A stretch of DNA of 63,893 nt, the filler included, from Gonapodya sp. JEL0774 (taxonomy: Eukaryota): NCBI GenBank assembly GCA_027604505.1. It is 23 parts of 23 records of this genome, joined end to end, with 100 filler letters (N's around TTAATTAATTAA, not from the genome) between each part and the next. Parts side by side here need not be neighbours in the genome. Positions count along the whole stretch, not along the records: positions 50,139 to 52,812 come from JADIIX010001760.1; positions 52,913 to 55,586 come from JADIIX010001761.1; positions 55,687 to 58,357 come from JADIIX010001762.1; positions 58,458 to 61,126 come from JADIIX010001763.1; positions 61,227 to 63,893 come from JADIIX010001764.1; 18 more parts are not named here. The stretch is one strand, 5' to 3'. This document shows, piece after piece, positions 50,139 through 61,544 of this stretch. The stretch's first letter is position 1; the number at the start of each line of letters is the position of its first letter. The notes under the pieces were generated by a model. The model had not been told where the DNA came from, made no database searches, and was given only the letters and a program-made list of their open reading frames with translations. The translations under genes and the position numbers were made by a program.

Positions 50139-52326
50139 CAGGTTCAAGGTCCCCTTCTCCTTCAACATCTGGCTCTTCCAGCACCAGAGTTGTGTGTTGA
50201 CTTAAAGCAGTTGTCCTTGAGACAATGGAAATAGGCATATCATACAAATGTGGGCCACGAGACATTCCTCTGCACAGTTCATGTCCATTGCTGTCAAAGA
50301 AAACACATTCATTTGTGGAACCAGGGAAAGTTGCAGTTATGCCAAGTTTCTGCAAAGACTTTGTAGACAGCAAAGTTGATCTGGCTTTAGGATCAAGAAT
50401 GACACTGGGAATACCCCAATCAGAATAAGAATCAGTGCTATGAAATCTCAATGTTAAAGTTCCCCTCCCAAGTGCCTTTGAGGTCTGACCCTCTGCAGCC
50501 ATCCTAATAGTAATATGTTCTGAGACAAAATCCTTGAGAGCAGAATGCTCAGAAGTGATGCAATCAGTTGCACCAGAATCAACTAAGACTCTGCCAGATC
50601 TGCTGGCTACTGCAGGAAAGGCATGAGCATTCAATGCTAAAGGTTGACCCCTTGGACACAATGTAGAAACATGAGCAAGAGACCCAATTGGGTTCTTATC
50701 TGCATCAAATCTCTGTAAAGTTTGAGACCTAGATGATTGATTGTCCCCTCCCCGACGGACCCACGAGCAAAAGTCTAAGGGGGGTTGGGGCCCCCCCGTT
50801 AGGGGGGGGTGACCCCCCGTGACTTTGCGCAGTGGGTCTGGAGGGGAGGGGAGGGTGCCCCGCGCAGCGGCCGCTTGTAGCGATGCTGTGCCACAGTGCC
50901 GCGAAGACGAATGATCACAGGTGGGGCCTCTCTTCCACTCACCCGATCGCACAATTTTATCCACGAACTTGGACTCCCCATTGGAATACTGATAAACGTC
51001 CTCTGTATATTCCTCCTCCTCTACATCGCCATCTATTTCATATCCATCCTCGTACTCCTCTTCCGCAAAGTGCACCCTGGTGTAGTAACCACCACGACCT
51101 CTGTTGCCACTTCTGCCACTGCCACGACCATTTCCCCTCCAGGATCCTCCACCTCGGGGTCCACCATGGTTCCCAGTGCCTCTGTAGATGTCTGGTACCC
51201 CACGGGTACCACCACCACCATATCCACCAACTTTGCCACCAATCCGGCCACTGTTGCCCCTATACCCTCCAAATCTCGCCTGTATTCCACTCGCGAACTC
51301 GACTGGTGTGGCGCAGTCACGACCGAAATGTCCGTACCCCAGACACCGGTTGCACCTTTCGAACATTGTCGCCGACCTCCGATTTCCATCTGCGCCCACT
51401 CGTCCGTGCTCCACCATATTCACCTCTGTGCCTGTGAGTCGATCGCGAATTTCGGCATCTCGGAGAGCGCTGGTGATTTCGGCGACAGTGGGTGGTGTTG
51501 AATCAGAGGACATGGTAAAACAATCATAGAGGTATGCCGAGCGATGTTTCGCTCCCTCCAAGAAGATCCGCGTTTCATCCGATGGTGTGAGTGCTCCACC
51601 TGTTGCTCAGTACTCGTTTTTGAGTTTGCTGAACGTGTTGAGGTAGTCTGAGACTGTACCATCCATCCGCACGTCCTCCAGTGCCCGACGTTTGCTGAAC
51701 TCTTCTGCCTTTCGATTTCCATGATATGTTGTTTTCAATCGCTCCCATAACTCTGCTGATGTGTTGCAATCCACGATCAAAAGGAAAAGATCCTCAGCAA
51801 TGATGGATATCAATGCTGCTCGCAATCCCCGATCCATCTCGTCCCATTCGTCTTGTTTCTTCTCAATTTCCGCTTTTACTTCTTCATCCGCTGTTGCTGG
51901 AGGGTCCCCAGGCCGTTTCGTAACCCCTGTGACCAACTTCCACGCCCCTGGGATCGTTTCTATTTGAATCCTCGCAAGCCCCATCCATACCAGATAAGTG
52001 TCCACTCCAGTGAGCTTCTTTGTCACCCTCTTTCCCAATGCATCGAATTTCCGTCCATCACTCATGGTTGGTTGACGTGGCGTGAATGGGAAGGGTCCCG
52101 ATTCAATGTCCAATTCCGTCGAAATTTCCACCTTCAGAGCTCCGGGCTCATAACCTAATGAGCTTTTGTGGGGTTGGGGGCGGTTTTGACGTCTATATGT
52201 ATATTGTTTTTACTCAGTCTATGTGCACTACTGTGGTCACCAGTACTACACTCTCGCCCCACACTCCAAGTCCAACTGCTCACTACATAACTCCACAACC
52301 AGGAACGCTAGAGAGGTTGCTCAACA
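50139..52326 (-). mobile_element. Ty1/copia element: 5' LTR (52156-52326), PBS, gag with zinc knuckle, protease
   Basis: LTR TGTTGAGC...GCTCATTA and PBS GGTTATGAGCCC (52144-52155). Gag reads KLTGVDTYLVW...SAELWERLKTTY with knuckle CNRCLGYGHFGRDC, and the protease VLVDSGATDCIT. One in-frame TGA at 51607-51609. Confidence 0.95.
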
Positions 52327-52400
52327 ACCAAAACGTATCTACTCTTCAAGGTGGTTCCAACACGCCTATCGGCGTCCTTTGATCACTGCTTGTAGTTGAG

Positions 52401-52812
52401 CTATTTGACATCCAAGCTCAACCCATACTTCAATACATCAGCCAGAATGCAAAGATTGGTTTTGGCGGGAAAAGAGACACTGAAACCAAGTTTCTGCAAT
52501 GCAGTAGTTGCCAACAGTGTAGATCGTGCTCGTGGATCAAAAATCACTCTAGGAATGTCGATCTCAGTCTCAAAGCCCTTTCCATGAAATGTGACACCCA
52601 AAACGCACCTTCCAACTGCAGTTGATTTCTGACCTTTAGCAGCCAATGATAGAAAGATGTTCTCCTGCTGAAATGAAGCAAGACCCTGCCCAAGAGGTGT
52701 AATACAGTCTGATGCTCCAGAATCAATCAGAAATCGATGTCCCTCATCACTGACAAGAAATGTCATTGAATCTGTATTGGCTGGATTGGTGGTGTCAAAT
52801 GAGTATGAAAAC
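52401..52812 (-). mobile_element. Truncated related Ty1/copia protease fragment
   Basis: FLIDSGASDCIT...DPRARSTLLATTALQKLG aligns with the protease at 50280-50600. Homology stops abruptly near 52440. Confidence 0.88.
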
Positions 52813-52912
52813 NNNNNNNNNNNNNNNNNNNNNNNNNNNNNNNNNNNNNNNNNNNNTTAATTAATTAANNNNNNNNNNNNNNNNNNNNNNNNNNNNNNNN
52901 NNNNNNNNNNNN

Positions 52913-54831
52913 TCCAGTTCCGATAAATCTCTCTGCACAGTTGCTCGCTTCACCCTGATGTAAATTTTTGGAAGTGGAGGGAGCTCCGAGAGCCTCTGCT
53001 TTACTTCCTCCGCTGATGTCTGCAGCTGGTGCATCCAAAAATCGTCCTCGTGCCAGCTATCAGTCATTTCACCATGTTCCATTACATCTTCGGGGTCAGT
53101 CATAGCTTCTTCTAGATCCCGCACAGTGGGTGGAGGTGTGGTGCCATCACTATCCCAGTCGGATTCCCCGTTGTTGTTCAAGGAGAACTGAGCGCCAACC
53201 CCTGATCTGGAGTGAATGGGGTAGGTGACAGACGGTGCGTGATCATGACATAGTGATCCAATGTTTGGGGAGTCAAGTGTGTTCGGGACCGAATATGACG
53301 TATCCCGTGCGTGTACTGTCGGAGTACCTGAAAATGTAGTGTCGGCACTGCACCAATGTGACGTGCCGGAGTCAATATGGCCGGCATCCCGCACTTTATT
53401 GATCGTGGGTGGTGAATTCGAAGGGTTCACGTTAGGGAAGAGGACGGTACTTGGTCTATCGGCGGACATTTTCACTTCTGGTAGTTGCTCACTCCATTCT
53501 TCGGTTCTTGATGATGGTTCAGTCGAGTTGGGCGAAGAATGCGATGAGACATGATAAGTGACCGCCTCGGCAAGTCTTTCGCGGCAAACGTACCGAGAAG
53601 ATTGGTAATCATCTCCTGGTGCTCCCGGTAACAATTGATGCTTCTCTCCATTAATCGTCTCACAGAATAAGTGGACACTCTGCATATCCAGATTCACATT
53701 GACATTCTCAGAGACCGATTTCAAGGTGTCCATAAAATTATCGATTGTCGTCTCTGCAAGTTCCTCCAACTCCGGAATCTCCGCTTCGACAACGGCAGAC
53801 GCACCATCATCAAGGCCCAAATTCTCTTCCATTCTACAGTCAGTGCCGACTTTGGCTTGCTTCCCTGCTTTCCATCGCTCCCGTTCCAAGTTTGCACGAT
53901 CGAAGTATATGTTCCTGACTCTCTCGCTCTCCCTCTTCCACATTAATGCAACGATTCGCGAGATAACACTATTTTTGACGGCGATACCGCGATTCGAATA
54001 GTGAGCTATGACACAGGGATAGGCGTCCCGGCGGTACAGCATGAATGAGTTTGAGGGTCGAGGAATCGGACCGTTTGGATCTCGACGGCGGTGGTGGGAT
54101 CGCTTACAAGGGAGAACGGCAGAAATTAAGAGAAAATAGCAAAGAGGAAGTGTGGAGGGCGTATTTTCTCCCGCACGCTCTTTTTTGTCATTTCATTGGC
54201 AGGACAGGGTATATGTTTGCACTTTGAAACTCTCCTAATTGATCGAGAGAGCCACTAACTCACCAACCTTTTTCTTCGGAGGGGTCTCTTGTGCTTCGCA
54301 GTCACGGGGAGCGTTGGTAGCTCGTCTTTGTCCTGGTCGGTGTGTCCGCCCTTCCGGTTCCAGTCCTTCCATTCCATGGGGGCAATTCCTTTCTAAGACT
54401 GATTGGTTGGATCTTTGTGTTCGGTACCTGTTAACGCGTCGAGTGTCGCAATATGAGGCTTCGTGGGATTGTTCTTTCAAATACTGCGTTGACGCGATTC
54501 TGCAAGGAGTCAAGAAAGTGCGACAATCATCGTAAGTCATTACTACTTATTCGCAACGAATCATTGCACTTTTCTTTGTTCGGTCGCCCGATAAGAGAAG
54601 GGACAGAATCCTCTATCTGAAGCACAATGCTAACCTCCCCGCTTCGTCATCGAACGGAAAGACAGTCCTTTTGGAGGTAGACCGCACGGAATCTGCCAAG
54701 AAAGACTGCTCGGGGAATGTCATGGTCCGTGAATCTGAGTCGACGTCCGATGCGATTAGCCGATGTGGAGGATCATGGCCGACCGCGTTTATCGCAATAC
54801 TCTCGCTTGAGGAAGAGAGTCCCGCAGACAT
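52913..54831 (-). CDS. HMG-box transcription factor (MATA/SOX-type), 3' truncated
   Basis: IPRPSNSFMLYRRD...KNSVISRIVALMWKRESERVRNIYFDRANLERERW, then an acidic/Ser-rich tail. The upstream exons and start are tentative. Confidence 0.85.
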
Positions 54832-55686
54832 TCAAACTCGAATGAGTTGTCTGTTTGTCGATTGTATAGTGGAAGCTGTGTCACGTTGAATATTCAACCC
54901 TGAAGTTGTTCGGTTTTGAATGAGTCGGTTTCGTACTGTACAACAATGGGCTACGATGATCATCACGATGCGGGAGACGCTATTGATCGCCAGAAGAGTT
55001 ACTAACCTTGTAAATATCATCCCAAACGCCTCAGCTTGATTTAAATAAAGACAAAAGCATCAGTAGTAAAGTATTGCACCACCGTGTATAAATGTAATAA
55101 TGTAAAAAGGCGAAAAATAAGTAAGGACTTCAAACGCAGTCCATTCAGTTTTTCTAATAAAATTTTTGTACTTTTCTCAATCATATCAATATTAACAGTA
55201 GCATACCATTCTTCTGTGCGGTGCGAGACTTGAAGACTCGGGACGGACAAGCAGGAGAAGCGCGGTGTGAGTTGGCACGGAAGTGTGGGGCCGAAAATCC
55301 AACGAAGCATCTCAAAAGCAGCAGGGGTCACAGCAAGGTCCAGTTGAGGTTACTGGCAATCAGCCTGTGTTGGAATCCCTGATACTCTGGATAGTGGAGG
55401 CGGGATCCCTCCATCAGAACGATATCGGACAAGATCATCAAAAACAACGTCACAATGATGGCAACAGCGTCTCCAACAAGCCGAGCTCGCCAGAGCTCAG
55501 CGGCGGACATCCGGGATCTGTATCTCTCACGGTTTGTTTCTATTTTGTCTGGCCTCGGTCTCTTGAGTGCTGGTTCGGTTTGGCATNNNNNNNNNNNNNN
55601 NNNNNNNNNNNNNNNNNNNNNNNNNNNNNNTTAATTAATTAANNNNNNNNNNNNNNNNNNNNNNNNNNNNNNNNNNNNNNNNNNNN

Positions 55687-56369
55687 TGATGTGGCCAATC
55701 TATTTAAAACCCACTGGAGTAGATGCACCTTCTACCACCGGCATTCCGGAGCTCTCGCTCGATTCTGCAGCAGTCCTCGCAGCTTCGGAAGCCTCACCCT
55801 CTGTGTCATCCTTGCTGCCATCCCTCCTCTCCACCCTCGACAAACACCTGCAATCCGCATTCCCGAACTCGAATATCTCTCTTTCAACCATCTCATCTTC
55901 TCTCTCACTACCACCTCCTCTTCGCACCCTGTCACTTGTGGGCGCTTCCTCCGGTGCCTACGCCCTTCTCGCTGCAGAACTCACCCGGCTGTCCATCCAA
56001 CTCTACCGCACTATTCACACCCTTAACGCAGTCAAGCGATATGATCCGCCACGCATGATTGACGGCCGACGACGTGTGTCGGTCAGGGTGAGGGAACTCG
56101 ACGACACCGTTTGGCGCACCGCAGGACAGATGGGTGCCAGAGTGGTTGCGGTGGGTCTACAGGTGTATACATCCATGGTTCCCGACTCGGGATTCAGTGG
56201 ACTCTTTGCGCCCGGCACCGAGGGTACACTTGACGGATCACGTGCCACCTCAGCGCCCTTTGCCAAACCAGCGGAACAGATTGGCCATTCCGCTCACCTC
56301 GGGGGATTCCTGTTTGGTGTTGTGGTCATGGGTGTTGGAGATGGATTGTTACAATGGGGGAATAACTAG
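55687..56369 (+). CDS. Rhomboid-family intramembrane protease, C-terminal part
   Basis: LVGASSGAYALL (catalytic Ser region) and IGHSAHLGGFLFG (catalytic His). Confidence 0.8.
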
Positions 56370-56678
56370 ACGGCAGGGCCGTGTCGTAATTGCACCTCCT
56401 CCGTTCCATCATCGCAAGTAAAACCTCGGTGTAACCAAGTCTCTGGTATCAAGAGAGAGTTCTCGAAACAGCACCTTGTGTTGTTCTTGTAGATCAGGAT
56501 TCAGGACTAAAGCCCTCGACACGCATGTGGTCAACGTTTATGAGGACAGTGTCTTCTATTGCAGAGGTTTCACCATAGATGAAACATATGATCACCATCG
56601 ACAAATAAAGTGAAGCAATTTTGTACTTGCTCGAAGAGACAAGGGGCATCCTGCCCCGCAGCTTCAGCATTCGCAGTC

Positions 56679-58357
56679 TTACTCGGAGAGATGGGGCAAG
56701 TCCGCATTCATCACCTCTGACCAAGCACCGAACAGCTCACCCAAGAAGTAGTGCACGTTCGATGCATATTCCTGCACGATAGCCTTGCTTTCGACATCCC
56801 AAACCATCGCCAAATCCTGCTCCGTGACAAACACAGTCGGGTCACTTTCAGCAACATATTCGGGGCCCATAGGTCCAGTCTTGCCCGTCAGGGTCCACGT
56901 CTCCCCAAGAAGAGCCTTGAAGAAGGTACCATCGAGAACACTCGGGTCAGAGGTGTAGGAGCCCGAGTATCCGATTCGCCTTTGTTGAGCCGGACTTCGA
57001 GGTAATCCGGCAAGCGCTACTCCCTGGGCAACAGTGAAGCCACGGATCGCCCAGTTGTCTCGAAGAGCAACAATCGGATTATTGTAGTATGTACGTGGCG
57101 CAAGCTTCAATGTCGATTCAAAAATTGACGTCGCTGGAACATCTACCCGTCCACCTCGGAAGCCGTGAATCGCTAAAACGGGCTTCCCGGCTGCTGTTGC
57201 CAACGCCACCTGACCAGCGAGCACAATCAAGTCTGCATATGACAGTGCACCAGAACCAGTCACGTCATGATATGCCTTGATCGGAGCGAGAACCTTGTCC
57301 ACCACTTCAAGAAGCCCGGCGTTGAGCGGCCATTCGCTCTCCGGAGGAAACCGGATCCGTGCTCCATTGCAACCACCAGCGTAGTCAGTCGCACGATATG
57401 TGGATGCACATTGAGATGCGAGGTGGATGAGAAGAGCCCCAGTGTATGAAGATCCCGAGGGGAGGGTGTCAGTGAGGGCATCTGTATGACGAAATCAGTT
57501 TGGGATATGAATCAGACCATACGGACAAGTACTCAACAGAAAAGAACCAACCATCGACTTCCGCAAACAGTGCCTTCTCAATTTCTGGTACCACTTTGTG
57601 GAACTTTGCGATCTTCTTGGGTGGTTCGGGTAAGGGCAGTTGGAACCTCTGCGCGGGTGGCACGAGCGGCCCTTTGCACCTCCATACCGGTCCCATGTCA
57701 CGGACCATCAGCTTGTACCATGCCCGTGAAAAGTCGTGTTCAAGAGAGGTGATGTTGCTGGCGTACTCGTGAACGAGCTCCCGGTATGAAGGATCACTGA
57801 TGAGGGCGACGTCGGAGGTCAGCATCATGGTTCCGTTTGGAGGCACGGGGCCACCGGGCTTTTGCGATGGTGTGAACTGTTTGTGGCCGCCGGGACCGGT
57901 GATGACGGACCAATCGAAATCGCGGAGGTACTTGAAGTACGAGTTGGACCACGTGGTCGGCGTGTCAGTCCAGGGTCCTTCAAAGCCGGATGTGAAGGTG
58001 TTCTGTCCCTTGCCCTTCAATGATCCACTACCGCACATGCCCGGCCACGGGTTGGTGGGATCTTCTGTGGGGTCGGGTCCTGGGCCGTCAGGGCATGCGC
58101 CATGGACCTTACCGAACGCGTGTCCACCCCCGATGAGTGCAACAGTTTCGCGGTCGTTCATACCCATACGACCAAACGAAGATCGAATGTCCGGTGCTGA
58201 TTGAACGGGGTCGGCGTTGGCGAGATGGCCTTCTGGGTTGACGTAGATAAGCTGCGAGTACCAGTGGGAAAGGCGCATCAGATACATGCTCATTCCCGCA
58301 GTGGTCCCACGTGCATGCATGCATGCGTGCATATCAAATGCCATGTTTCGACAACAC
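56679..58357 (-). CDS. katG: Catalase-peroxidase (KatG-type), 5' truncated, with introns
   Basis: LIYVNPEG, FGRMGMNDRETVALIGGGHAFGKVHG, TSGFEGPWT, MLTSDVAL, AWYKLMVRDMGP. Second domain reads ASTYRATDYAGGCNGARIRF and LSYADLIVLAG. Confidence 0.95.
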
Positions 58358-58457
58358 NNNNNNNNNNNNNNNNNNNNNNNNNNNNNNNNNNNNNNNNNNN
58401 NTTAATTAATTAANNNNNNNNNNNNNNNNNNNNNNNNNNNNNNNNNNNNNNNNNNNN

Positions 58458-61126
58458 CACGTTCCGTTCCTCACCCTCCTTGTTCCTTCGCTCTTTGTCC
58501 TTTTTCCTGAACCCTTGCTCCGACTCGAGCTCTGTACCGTCCAAAAACTTCACCGCGACCAAATCCCCTTCGAGCGCCCTATTCCTTTTACGAACTCCCG
58601 AGATAAGCACGTCAGTATCTTCCAGCACCTGCTCCGATCGACCCTCTCCTGCGAGGTGTCCACCACCATCACCTTGAGTTTCGACCGTGATGGTCACGTA
58701 CGCCTCTGCTCGGTTCTTCTTGTTGATCCTCACTACTCCCAGCACGATCGTTCCGTCCGCCACACCGGCGTCCACCTCTGCAGTCGAGAGATGTCGCTCG
58801 AATAATTCAGGTCGGCCGCCGGCCGTTCCTGCCGAGCCCACACCAAATCCACCTCGTCCCCTCTGACTCCGACCGCCACCGCCCCGTCTACGCGCCGAGG
58901 GGCTCACATCAGCCTCAGTATTCGAGAAAGGTGCAGATTGCGGTCTGTCTGGTGCTGAGGCGAGAGGGTGTGCAACCGCTGCTCTGACGTCGGCGTGCAC
59001 TCCCCTCTCACCGACATCGTCGTTGGCCCGCCCTCGGCCCCTTCCTCGACCAGCAATTGCACCATGAGCCGGAAAACCATCACCTCGTCCGCCTCGCTCC
59101 GGTCCAGCCCGAGTCGGCGGAGCCGACTCGGGGTATCGCGATTCTCCCTCTCCCGCTCCCGCCTGATCCGACCTGTGCGGTCCATCATGCATGACGCTGC
59201 TATCGCTCACGCTCACACCCATACCCAGTCTCGCCAGACCCTCGTCCACGTCCACGTTTAACTCCGCAGCACCTCTTCCGATCCCTCTTACTCGGCCACC
59301 ACGACCACCACCCCTGCCCCTCCCCACAGGCGCACTGGGCGGGCGCGCGATACCAGTGACGAAGCCAGTGTCTCCGTTCGACGAGGCCTCCACTGCCGAA
59401 CCGCCGCCACCACCACGACCGTGCGCCAATCCCACCCCGGTCCCGCCTCTTGATGCGGCTCGTGGCCTGGATCGCCCGCCACGGCCACGGACTACAGGGG
59501 AAGTGGGGGCAAGGTCTGGATCTGACGGACTGGAACGGGCGTGGTGGGGTGCAGGGTGTTGCGGAGCGGCCGGTTTCGCGGGTGCGTGAACTGGGCGCGG
59601 GGTTGGGACAGCAGGTGTGGTTGGAGCGGCCGCGCCGTTCGCAGTCGCAGACTGGTTAGCTCCCCTCCTACCCTTGTTCTTTTCTCCAGTCTTTGCACTG
59701 CCACCCTCCCCACCCTCGTCCACATCTTCCCACCCCTCGTCGTCGCCTGAGCCCCACACCACCTCTGGGGTTTCCACTTCGCGCTGCTGCTGGTGTTCTC
59801 TCCCACGCGCGGCAGATCCCCGGGATGCTCTCGCCCTCAGACCACCACCTCGGCCGAGCCGACCACCCGGTTGCGGCTGCGCGAGCGGCTGCATCTGCGG
59901 CAGGTCAGACCAAGGGTCCGCCAGGGTTTCGGCGACGCGGGTGGGAGCGAGTGGGCCTGCGGTTCCTCTCCCGCGAGCTCTTCCTCGACCGCGGCTTCTT
60001 TGGGCAACTTCACCTCCGCCTCCTCCACGACCCGCCGCACCGTCCGCTCTGGAAATCGCGCTGGATGTGCCGTCCCGTGGACCGTCAGAGTGTGGCTGTA
60101 CCTGCTCGGGCGCGGGGGGCGGGACGGCCGCTCCTCGTCCTCGAAGTGACACTGTTCCCCGTGCTCGACACCGGTCCCGACCCCGACTGGGTCCAAACGA
60201 AGAGTCCAATCGATGTGCGAGAGAGGCAGGGTGGTTCGCGAAAGCGAGGCCAGAAGGCGCGGAGGTCTCGGCGCCGGTGCCGATGACTGTTCCAGTTCCA
60301 CTCCACTGACGGGCACCGAGGGCTGGTGACTGGGAAAGCGAGTCATCGGGCCAGCCTCGAGGGCGGCTACCGCGGCCGCCTCGGCCACCCCGGCCACGCC
60401 CAGGGCGACCAAATCCAGGCCCAGCAACGCCACCAACTACCGACGGAAGCGCGTGTGCTGAAGCGGGCGCAGTGAGCGGGCGGACCTGTGTATCAATCCC
60501 AGTGTTTGTGTGCGTGTGACTGTAAGCGGCTTGAAAGTCGGCAAAATCCACCACGGGCTCTTCCTCTTGCTGGTGGTCGTCGAGTCTGGCGGGGTGAGAT
60601 GGAGCGGGTCCCTGTGCAGCCCCACCTAGACCGCCACGCAACCCCCGCGCACTGGCGCTAGCAGCTCGATCGCGCCCTCTTCCTCTTCCTCTTCCCCGTG
60701 GCACGAACACTGCGTGTGGGATGCCGGAATCGACCGTGCTTCCCGCCGGCGCTGACTGTGGTCTAGCTTCGACAACATCCGGTTCGTCCGGGCGGGGTCC
60801 CTGTCCCTGTCCCACTTGCGACACTGCGTCTGGATTGTGGGATGGGTGGTAGAAGCGGTATGGAGTGTGGCTCCCCCGAGCCTGAGCGCGAATACCGGGT
60901 ACACCACCACGGGCACCTCTAGTGGGTACAGGGAAGGGAGCCGACTGCTGTGCGGAGTACAACGCTTCGTTGCTTGCTTGGTGGGCACCACGGGCGAAGT
61001 TTCCACGGCCGCGTGCGCTTCCCCGTGCTGTTCCCCTTCCGCGTCCGATTCCCCGTCCGCCCAAGCTCAGCGACTCCGTCTCCGCATGCGATTCCCTCTG
61101 CTCCATCGCAGTCACTCCACCCCACT
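58458..61126 (-). CDS. DIS3L2/RNB-family exoribonuclease, N-terminal part with very long RG/RGG-rich region
   Basis: About 770 aa of RG/RGG-rich low complexity precede the cold-shock domain FERHLS...GVVRINKKNRAEAYV...DVLISGVRKRNRALEGDLVAV. Confidence 0.85.
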
Positions 61127-61544
61127 NNNNNNNNNNNNNNNNNNNNNNNNNNNNNNNNNNNNNNNNNNNNTTAATTAATTAANNNNNNNNNNNNNNNNNN
61201 NNNNNNNNNNNNNNNNNNNNNNNNNNTGGCCGACTCTCACTACTGCATCTTGTCCAATGTAGGCTCGGAAGCCGTATCTGCTGTCATCGTGATGGATTTT
61301 GTTTGGAGAACGGAGACTTCGGCGCGACAAGTGCCGATCTTCATAAACACCTCTGGGGACGTATGTTCTCGATTAGCCGATCACGTCTGCGTTTCCCCGA
61401 ATGCATATAAACTACGATACGCTCGATAAGCTTGAAGTTTGCTTTTGGGAGAAGAGGTCACTACTTTGCATATCCTTGTGAGCGTGAACATATTAAAGAT
61501 CGTACAGATCAACAGTAGAATCATGACTTTTCCTGGACTCGTTA

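Noticed and set aside
51607..51609. In-frame TGA in copia gag as programmed readthrough
   Set aside because: It lies mid-gag before the zinc knuckle and is best explained as a CGA-to-TGA mutation.
58904..61006. Many overlapping antisense and alternate-frame ORFs (also at 40054-41707 and 43101-44384)
   Set aside because: These are expected shadows of GC-rich coding sequence and show no independent motifs.
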